Assembly (NCBI GenBank): GCA_000708835.1
Contig: DF237095.1
Coordinates: 109,447 to 173,446 of the forward strand
Direction: 5' to 3'
DNA: 64,000 nucleotides
Source: Klebsormidium nitens
Lineage: Eukaryota > Plantae > Klebsormidiophyceae
The translations under genes were made by a program, and so were the position numbers. Below the pieces are notes generated by a model that saw nothing but the letters and a program-made list of their open reading frames with translations, was not told the origin of the DNA and did not search any database. Numbering within the stretch: position 1 is the stretch's first letter; each line of letters begins with the position of its first letter. Below are positions 54,701 to 64,000 of this stretch, piece by piece.

Positions 54701-57138
54701 CGAGAAGAAGATTTTGTACGATACTTTCTTAAGAAGCCGTAGCACCAGCATAGAACCTGGGGAGATCGCCCTACTAAGGCAAGTGCACGTCGCGAAAATG
54801 GCGCTCAAGGTCACGTGATCCTCACCAGCCGCGCTGTCTCGACCTCATCCCGGTGCAGCTCAGTCAGACCGTACACTGCCTCTTTCTGCAGGTGAAGAGT
54901 ATGCCAATTTGGAGCGGATCAATCGTTCCGAATTCTCTGAGGGGCGGGGCGGAACTGTTGAAAATGCAAAGACTTCCGTTGGATCCTTGAAGCTGCCTAG
55001 CGAAGCGGCCCGCAGCAATGCAGAAGCTTGACCAACATATGAGGAAACAATCAAGACGACTCTCCGATTGATGAAAGCTGTCCGTGGATTCACTAGCCAG
55101 CCCTGAGTTCTTACACCTAGGCAAGGATGCAATCGAAAGACAAGATAACCCAAAGGTGAGCACCTTGTTTCACATTCATTGCAACGCCCCCGGGGTTCCG
55201 CCTATCAACTCCACCACTTCTAAGGGGGTTTGGGGTTGTTAGGGGTCGTTTCCAGGTAGCTTTTGATTGAGAGTTCGTTTCTAGGTAGTTTTCAGGTAGT
55301 TCAACTGACTTTCAGCCGTTTTTAGATTTTCTCTCGCTGAGAGGCCTGAGCGTACCTGAAGCTCGGGTGCACGGTGCTCCCCTCCGTACCACTCGGCATA
55401 AGAGTTGACGTCACGCAACCTGAAGTCAGCAGACAGATCCACCACCTTGAGGTGCTTAGGGATAGCTGCGACAATCTCCTGCAGGGTGCATGAGAACGAT
55501 CAACTTGTTTCTGTAGCTGACATGAGTGGAGTTGATGCCCAGGTTAAGGGGGAGAGTAAAGAGATTGATATTCGGCTTCAGAATGCGCACTTGGAAGTGT
55601 GCATGTTGCTGGTTTTCAAGTCAACGGTTCAAGTCAACGGGTTCAAGTCAAACACTGCAAACTTGCCAACCAAGCTTCTTGAGTGGGAGAAAGCTCCTCC
55701 TCCTAAACGAATCCAGAACAGCAAAGCCAGTCAAGGTCGCTTTATGATTGCAAATCATCAAGAAACAAAGGTACTTCAGCTGGTACAAAGAAACCACCTC
55801 AGGGCAACTTGTTTTGGGTCAGCCTATGAGAGCCAGAGACTATCACAGACCAGCATGCCCAGGACTATTGTAAGCCAGCATTGTCGAAGAGGTCAATTCA
55901 GGAGGGGCAGCCAACAGAAACAGAGTGACGAAGCAAGCAAAGGGACCCTCACCTGAGTAGTGGCATGGGGAAGGCAGCAAAAAACAGCGTCCACTTGGTT
56001 GAAGTCTGCGTCCTTGATCGCGACCAGATCTGGAAGGTCTGACTTGAAGATGAGATGGGGGAAAACGTCGGCGATGCTCTGACCAGCCTTCCTGTCGGCC
56101 GTCATCATTGTAACCTTGAAGAAGGGGTGAGTCGCCAACAACCTTGCAATCTGCGGAAGATGAGCTGTTGCCATCAGCCTCAGCTGTGCCAAAGCACAGT
56201 CTCGTGCATAAAGCTTACACAACAGCTTCTTTCTGTTACCTCCTTTCTGTGAACTTAACTTAACAGCACTTCTCAAGTAGCTCATAAGCTGGTTCACACC
56301 ATCCTTCGCAAGCTCAGGCCGTAAACAGGAGACCGTTGCTCTTCCCCTTCCATACACCTACCTCAACCATACTCCTCAGGTTTGTCATCAGCTGAACCAG
56401 ATCATTCTTCTCAAGGACAGTCCTCCTTCAAATCTTACCTCAGCACCGGTGTAACCACTCGCTCCCAGAACCCCGACCCTGACAACTTGACCCAGCTGCA
56501 ACTTTTGAGGCTTCGCCAGAGGCGCTGCTACCGCCATCGAGACAGCCGGCCTTGCCCCCTGGTGGTGGCGGCTGAGAGGGATGGTGAGCCTCGCCCCATG
56601 GAACTGCGAGCTCGAGGAACACTGCAAACCAGGCAAGCAAGCGCTTTGCATTAATGCTTTCAATGAACTCAAAGCATTGAACCATACTTGGAGATGGAAA
56701 GACGGCAGTGCTTTGATTGGAATATATCAATCTTAGTGGTGGACTGGCTAAGAGCCTTACTAGAAGGCTTTAAAAGAACATGAGATTCTTGAAGACGAAA
56801 TGAAGTAGCACATGTCACCACAAGAGACTCTGTCTGAGCTTGCAGGCCTACCTGCAGAACGTGGGCCGCTCCGCTGATCGGCGCAGATGACAAAGATTGT
56901 GCGGCCAATGTGGATGCCTGCAGAATTCCAGGCTTGCATTCAAGGGCGTGTCATTTTCGTTTTAAGGCTTTCAAGCAAAGATTCAACGACCACGCAGACA
57001 ACGGCTGGGGGGCATCGACCAACCCTGGTGTCAAGTCAACCAATTGGCTTTCCAACAAACATTACGTCTTGACCCATCTAGAATGCTGTCTTTCCAGGAC
57101 TTTGCAGACCACTCTCCAAAGTGCCACCAACTCACCAT
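51796..57138 (-). CDS. argC: N-acetyl-gamma-glutamyl-phosphate reductase, chloroplastic, ~390-400 aa
   Basis: Exons 56651(or 56621)-56439, 56150-55953, 55478-55356, 54885-54826, 54454-54334, 54026-53946, 53360-53281, 52753-52664, 52331-52203, 51903-51796. Motifs [53 protein letters not shown]. The start is either the ATG at 56651 or an ATG-only exon at 57138-57136 (ATG|gtgagt) spliced to tttgcag|56621. Confidence 0.95.
51894..52060 (-). repeat. One tandem copy (~85 nt) of the last argC acceptor plus 10 nt of exon
   Basis: The + strand shows GATTGTCAATCTGCA(C/G)CGACGTAA(C/T)AAGCCGTT... at 51894 and again at ~51979. Confidence 0.85.
54470..54628 (-). repeat. Four degenerate ~40-nt units in the argC intron upstream of the 54454 acceptor
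   Basis: + strand units (a/c)aacgtcagcgtcagtgacgtcagcgaggc.... On the transcribed strand each carries CTGAC/CTAAC branch-site-like words. Confidence 0.7.
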
Positions 57139-57458
57139 GTTGGTTGCTGCTGCACTAACACAGGATGCTGATCAATGAAATGACAAGCGCTGATGCTCAG
57201 CTCAATCAGTCTTTCCAAACCCGTCGACACAGACTTTGCGAGGAAGGTGCTTCCTTGCAAGCTGGGAAATCGGTGCGAAAATGACAAGGTGGTACGTTGT
57301 GGGGGCGCCTTCCAAAATGCTGTGTTTCGTGGAGATCCAAAATTTAGTAGAATCGCAATGCTGGTTCTGTAACCGCCAGGCTGCGCCAGCTCAAAGAAGG
57401 GCAGCGTGTCACCCGTCACTCTTTCCAGTCACGTGAACTGGCGGCCCCGCCGCCGGAG

Positions 57459-57500
57459 CCACGCGCGCGCGCGCAGAAATCCACTCCCGCGCGCGCGTGG
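57459..57500. repeat. Perfect 13-bp inverted repeat with alternating CG arms
   Basis: CCACGCGCGCGCG (57459-57471), 16-nt loop, CGCGCGCGCGTGG (57488-57500). Confidence 0.85.
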
Positions 57501-60500
57501 TAGCCCCTTGATCGGAAACCCCGGCGGCCCATGCGAACAACCGTCCCGCGGCCGCGGGGCGGCAAGCTGCGCGCGCAGGCCCCGTCACACTGTGACAGGC
57601 CTGCGGACACTTCTTTGAAGCTCCCAGGCTGAGCTTTTGGCTCCCATTGAAATTTCGTTCCGAGGAACAAGCGATCAGTGGTATTTCTACTCGAAGCTGG
57701 TGCGGCGGGCGGGATGCGGCTGGTCCATATTGCAGATCGAACTTCTGCGGGGCGTGGCAATTAGGACAAGCGCCCTCGTCACAGCCTTCTATTCTGCAAC
57801 GGTCCTGGCTCTCAGCTTGATGGTGTATCTGTAGAAAATTATTCCGAATCATATCAGATAGGTTTCCTTTGATGGCCACGCCGGGTGCCACCTGCACGGG
57901 TGCCACCTGCACCGATCAGAGTGGCCGGACCATTGCGCCGGCAGATCATTTGAGAGTCAGCGGTTCGACTCAACGATGCTGAACAACTTGCCATGTCGAG
58001 TTTATAGATTTGTCCTGAGACCGTCTTGGGCCTTGAGATACGAGCGAGCGTGCCAGCTGGCACTAATCCTGCGCCGCGGCACTAGACCTTAGAAGCTTCG
58101 AGATAGCACATGGTGCGGGCGCGGTGCATTTGAGCAAATCCGTCAGATGGTTGGAAGATCGTCTGACGGTTTGCATATAAGGAGGTGTCGGTTCGGAAAG
58201 TCGTCGACGACCCGAGTTGAGCTTTCAAATCGACCTTGTTCCTCTGTAAGACGTCCGGTCGTTCAGATTCAGACCGTTCTTTCTGCCTTGACTGGCTGCA
58301 AAGTATTTGTCAGAAATATATGGCGGCAACGCGACTCTTGAGAACTCAAGTGTCGGCGGCACTGTGGTCGGCAGTCTGACAACAAGCGGTGCAGCTATCG
58401 TGGACAAGTCAAGTCGTGCTTTCAATCCCGTGCACAAGAATATTGAAGTGCAAAGAAGAGGCTGCACGGCTCAAGCGAGGGGCCACGGCCCATCGTCACG
58501 CCTTCGTCGTGATGAGATTGTGTTTGGTCGGTGTGTGTGGTCGGTAGCGAGATCAAAATCATTGACCGATGAAAGTAACATTTCTGCCTGATTTGTAGAT
58601 TTCTTCACCGTCGAGCGTTCCCCCGATCGATCAGAAAAAGGCACGTCTCTCCGGATAGTCTTTCAATACGTGAAGAGGCTGATCTGTACAGTGGCAAGAG
58701 CTTCGGGGATCGTAAGGCCTAACATAAACAAAGTTCTCGGCCACAATACACCCTGAAAAGCTAAGTGGGAAACGACATTCGAGTTTTGACTCTTAAGTTC
58801 CGTAGTTCCGTCTTTGCCTCGTTCATTCTTTTCTTTGAAATGACGAATTAGCCGCATTGTCTTGTTCTTGGGCTACAAACCAGAATGAGGGCTGTTCTGC
58901 TGACGTTTCCGGTCCAGTGCTTGGGCCAATGTGTTCCAGCTGAGTCGCGTGGCTCCGCTCGTTTGCAAACGTAAGGCCGTATCTACTGCTGAGCAGCCGC
59001 TTCTCAACTTCCTTGTAGCCATGAATCATAAGATGCCTCACTCGGTTACTGTGCAGGACTGAAGTCACTGAAGGAACTTGAGTGGATGAGGGAGTCAGCC
59101 GCGTTAGACAAAAAAGATCCAAAAATGCAATCCTGGTTTGAAAGCTTTAGACGGGCTCTTGTAAATATGCGCTTCATGCGGAGGGCTGTTGGTGGGAGCC
59201 GATGGCGAGCTGACAGGTTTTCTTGTTAGAATGCAAAAAGGTTTTCTTGAGCACTTGGAAGCACGCTCGGATCCGATCACTAGCTAGGCCTTGCTTGGCC
59301 CGGCTACTCGAGAAACCAAATATTGTCCGTAACAAAGGAAAGATCTTGTATCCGTTGACCTTGACAAAAACTGGGCGGCGCAGAAGAAGAGATGTAACCG
59401 AGCAACGCCCGAGTCCCTTATAACATCACGGACAGGTCAAATTGTTTCAGACAGCAAGGAACCTTGTCACTGACACCCAGTTGGTTTTCATGGTGTGCCC
59501 GGCTCCGATTCTAAGAGCAGTCGAAGCTTACGAGCACGTTGCATCACAAGGTGAGGGCCGCTGAGCGGCTAGGTAAAATCCGCACATGCTGTCCGTATCA
59601 TCAATGATCATGCCTGCATTGGCTGCCCCGGCTAATTGGCGTTCGCCGCCCCTACCGTACCGGGGCCGTTGGCCGGGGTACTGCATAATAAGACCGACTG
59701 CCAGCATATGACAAAAGTTGATGATTTGCCCTCGACGGTACGTGCCAGCATGCGCGTATGCATGCATCATCACGGTTGCAGTGTACCCTACGTGCAAGTT
59801 TTTTCTTACTCGTTCAGAAGGAAAAGGCACGGCCATGATCATGTACTCCAGAGAGGCCCGGCGCGCGATTATTCACATGTGTATGCTGCCGGCACGGCGG
59901 GTGACGCCCAGAAGGACCCATAGAGTTGGCTTGGCCAACGCACTTAGTATTGTTGATAACGATATTGTTAGGTACCAACATAGAGCTCAGTCACATGGGC
60001 AGGCACATATGCTAATCTCCGGGAGTGCACCCGCGCTCACTAAATTGACAGCTCTGCCATGCAGCACCATACATGTGGCATGCAACGACGTTGCAAACAT
60101 TGAAACCAGAAACAGGTTCTTCGCTTAAAAACGATGAGGTAAATGTCGGAGTAACCGTCGACGTGCGCCCGCACTGACGTGCTGTATTGAACACCGGGCC
60201 GCAACATGAGTGAAGCCAAACCAATTTAGAGGCTTATTGTTGTCTTGAGCTTGCTGAGCCAAATCGCAAAAGTAGCATAATTCGGTCAATCTGGTCGCGC
60301 TTACCACAAAAATAGATAGGCAGAGCAGCGCTTTCCTATGAATAAATAAGCAGGGCAGCTTGGAACGGCTTTACCTGATGCAATCGAGAGGTTTGACGAA
60401 AATCGTCTCTAGATGGACCCGAAACATGCACTGTGATTTTCTACCGGGACTCGTTTTCTAGCCTCTTTAGTCGCCGAGGTGTCGAATCAATTAGAACAAA

Positions 60501-62239
60501 GTAAAGTCTCCTCTTCTTTACTTTCTTCCGGCTGTAAGAATTCACCGGAACAATCCGCTTGAGCGGGTTGGACGATCTGCTGACCCGGTTCTCGACGGGC
60601 AACCCGATAAATGTTGTCTTCACCGCCTTGCAATACCAAGCTTCTTGCCCCTGCACACGTGAGCAGGTCGATCATTACGGGCATTCGAAAAAGGATTCTG
60701 AGACGGCAGTGGCTCGTAGATACGCAGTTCATTTCGGCACACAAAGGCGAAATTCGACACGATCAGACCATTGCTAAACCTGGGCAGATAGCTCGGACAC
60801 TAAGAGTGCTACAGAACAGTGAGACAAAAACAAGTATTCCATAAGAAGCCACCATTGAAAAAGGGTCGTCGCGCGCTTCGATCATGGGGAGAGGTCTTTC
60901 GGCCTGTCGCAGTTCCTTAATGAAGCTCAGAACTTCAAATATCAACAGACTTTCAAGAAACTCGTATCAGATGTTTGTAACAAAGCGGGTACTGTAGCAC
61001 AGCAAAAGGGCTCTGCTCCTCGCGACTGGAAGCAGTTAAAAACACTAATGACTTATAACTTTTTCACGACACCTGGGCGAATTAGATCCGCTGATATTGA
61101 GACTCTCTGCAGACGAAAAATAATCAGGCTTTACCATGCCAAACCTGAAACTCACACCTGGTGAGTGTCGGGCCCCTCACTCGTCGCCAAGGCTGCCAGA
61201 TTCGTCCAACAGCCCCAAGTTCTGATCGGATGCCGCTCACAGCCAACCGGAATCCGTCTCGTGAAAGTGGCCGGAAATGTCCGGAGGCGGTGGCCGGCCG
61301 CCCCGGTCAGCTGATGGGCGGTCGGACACGTGTCTCGGCAGCGCGCTAATCGGGAAGCTGCCACGTCATCCCGAGGGATCCCTCAGACTAAGGAGCTCGT
61401 CGTGCTTCGCGTGGACCGTCTCGGACATGGATGTCCTGCGCTCGTGCGGCTGACAGGAGAGGACCAAGCAAAAGGGTTAAGCCAGTTGTGATTCGAAAGT
61501 GCTCTCAGCACGAAGGAAATCAAACGGGCCAAATTCACTTTGGGGACAGCCTGTTTTAGGCATCGCGATCGTCCACCAATCTGGAAAAGAAAAGCGCGCT
61601 GAAGCGCTCAAAAATATCCAGAAAAGAGAATGTTAGGATGTTAAAAATATTGGCGTGTTCGCAAAACCCTAACAACCTTGCCCGAGGACAAGAGGCAAAG
61701 TCCAAGGGAAGACAATCGGAAAGTAAGGAGCAGTCCTCAGAGCGAGGATAGAATGTCGAGTCTGCGGAGAGGACGGACCGCTGATAGCTGACAATCATCA
61801 TTACTTTCTGCAAGCCACCACAGACGGGTTCTGCAGCAGACTTTGCGGACTCTGCCGAGAGCAAACGTTGAATGAAGCTGGACTCCAATGTGTAGCAGGG
61901 ACTCCTTATCCCTTCTTCGATAGTCCTTAGATACTCAAGTCAGTACTAAGGCAAGAAGAGGCGAGCCAAGCTGAGATTACAGCCGAATATAGACCTTGGT
62001 CATGAATCAAGAACCGGCAGATACCGGGCATCCCTCGAACGCACCAAATATCAATCGAACTAAGTGACGTTTCGACCTTGCAGCTCGTCAACGGCTCTCA
62101 GCTCGTGCAACAGTGATTGTTACAGCACTACCAAAAGATTTCTTCTGCAACGCTCACATCCGCGCTTCCAGGTCGGGCCTGGGGGCAGTCTGGCCGACGC
62201 CTCCCCCGGCCCGCTCCGCTCTGATAAAACCCACCGCAG

Positions 62240-62301
62240 CGCCCGCGATCCGTCCGCGATCCGTCCGCGATCCGCCCGCAATCCGTTCGCGATCCGTTCG
62301 C
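62240..62301. repeat. 11-nt minisatellite, ~5.6 copies
   Basis: cgcccgcgatc cgtccgcgatc cgtccgcgatc cgcccgcaatc cgttcgcgatc cgttcgc. Confidence 0.9.
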
Positions 62302-63682
62302 CGCGTAAGTACGGAGGGATAGGGCCCAACGCGACCGGCTTGAGTGCGGACCCCTACTGCCCCTGGGGCCTGCACGCCGACTGAGGGAATCTCAGCACAA
62401 AGCAAAAGCGATCATTCAGGCACTTTTTGTTCACGGTCAAATTACTTAAGGAGCAACCTGTCGCCACGCTCCTCCGCAGAGATCTCCAGACTTCTCTCCA
62501 GACTTCTACAATAAAGCTGCTCGGCGAAAGGTCTCAATAGACAGGCGTCTTGACGTGTCAATGCAGTCCTACTCGTAGATCAGAGGAAAGGGTGACTTCC
62601 TGAATGGAAAGCCCAAAAAGATGCCTTCAGATGCAGGCAACAGAGCAATAGGCAATACTTTGTAGTCAAACACATCAGAATCAACACCGTCGTTGGTAAT
62701 CGATCGAGAAGCCTTTTCGGCCCAGCTTGTGATGTAGAAGGCCGACTTGTAGCTGATGGGCTGTTTTTCCTGATGATGACGTCAGCTCACTGTAGCAGGT
62801 CTTATGATTGTCTGAAAAGAGGAAGTACAAAAGGACCCTTGAACCACCGTCATGCCCCGAGACGTGTATCGGACTGCGTATTACACCTCGCTTTCAAACG
62901 GAGAGATGCATATAGCAGAAACACAACGTCCACGTCTTTCATGCGCGGACATCATTGCCTAAGAAGGACGACAACAACGTCCCTGCTCGATTGATACCAT
63001 ACCTCGGTATCTTTAGAGATGACCCATCAATCTCCATTTGCTTATGAACTCTGTTCTCCCGAAGAGCGCAAAAGCACCGCCGCACGGATCGAGTTCTCCT
63101 CCTTCCTGTTTCTTGGAGCTCAAAAAGGGCGAAAAAGGACACTTTCTAAACGAACGGACTCTCACCCATCATCACTGTCTAGACGAAACCTCCGGCCGCT
63201 TTCCGGCCGTGCGATCTAGCACTTCACCGGAACCGACGGCGCGGTCTCTCTCATCTTGTCGACCAAAGCTTATCCGTCCCGGCCCGTCTCTTGCTGACAG
63301 CCAATTTCGCAACCCAGTATCTAGGCTGCAAGAAAGAGTAACGCCGTTTAAGGGAAACGGCGTCTACTTTCTTGCTTTGATTCGAAAAGATGCTTCGCGT
63401 CTTTCTAGCGGGACAGTCAGACCTTTGCGACAACGGACTAGAGCCCTGGCATGCGAAAATGGGGGAGGCTCCCAAGCCGCTCTGTAAAGAACCTGCGCTT
63501 TCGGGTCGGATATAAATGTCAAGCCAACGACGAAGATTGGTGGCTTTTGTAAACCCTACTCCACGGATCGCTCGCGAAGGAGCTTCGAGGCTTGTAAACT
63601 TGATATGAAGCACGTGTCTCTTTCTCGAACCCACCAACCTTCAGCTTACTAATTGGGCGCCAGCCTAAGGGATAGTGCTTAC

Positions 63683-63842
63683 CATTACTGTTTTGTCCAC
63701 GATTCTTCTGGCTGAGACCTCCGTGCTTGCACTGTCCGCCAGCGATATCGGGGCGCTTGGTTCGGCGGAACAGGGGCAGAACCCGCTTCGCCGGATCCCC
63801 GAGCAAGTCATACCCGCCCGGTGCTTCTCCCAAATGCAGTGC
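63683..63842 (-). other. Possible internal exon of an unrecognised gene extending beyond the window
   Basis: Strong acceptor cttttctttctag| at 63843 and donor |gtaagc at 63682 bound a 160-nt segment open in two frames. No recognisable homology. Confidence 0.25.
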
Positions 63843-64000
63843 CTAGAAAGAAAAGGGCGTCCGGTCAAGATCGATTGGTGAAACGTGCTGATTTTCGACG
63901 GCCAATTCTTGAGGATCAGCCGAGGAGCACAGTGGATCAGGTGGATAAACCTGATAGTTCGCTTGAGCTCCGGCGAATCCTCAGCATGCGGACGCTTGTG

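Noticed and set aside
61663-61671. AAACCCTAA telomere-like/telo-box word
   Set aside because: Single copy with no array and no associated gene start.
62175-62370. MITE-like element around the 11-nt minisatellite
   Set aside because: The putative terminal inverted repeats match at only ~12 of 15 nt and no target-site duplication is evident.
63740-63842. 'LHLGEAPGGY' as an FtsJ/CMTR2 methyltransferase motif
   Set aside because: Only a short partial resemblance; the surrounding sequence does not support the fold.

Overview
Eukaryotic nuclear DNA with plant-type genes and many GT-AG introns. It is most consistent with a streptophyte alga such as Klebsormidium (inference from gene content and intron style, not a database result). 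Twelve genes could be assembled by hand with consistent exon phases: an OTU deubiquitinase, a ~52-aa single-pass membrane protein, a ~1210-aa PPR-SMR protein, an intronless 457-aa two-TM protein, an O-fucosyltransferase-family protein, IPK2, CNOT11, FdC1, CLC-f, a FAM210B/DUF1279 protein, SAP18 and argC. No rRNA, tRNA, CRISPR array or recognisable transposase was found. Two things stand out. (1) Introns of four genes (PPR-SMR, CNOT11, CLC-f, argC) hold about 40 degenerate 'echo' copies of the adjacent splice junction plus exon edge. Acceptor-plus-exon-start copies lie only upstream of their exon and exon-end-plus-donor copies only downstream. The best-preserved copies differ from the real exon mostly at synonymous positions. 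(2) The intronless two-TM gene carries motifs recalling the proton-activated chloride channel PAC/TMEM206 and the DEG/ENaC fold. The last ~7 kb has no gene I could recognise.
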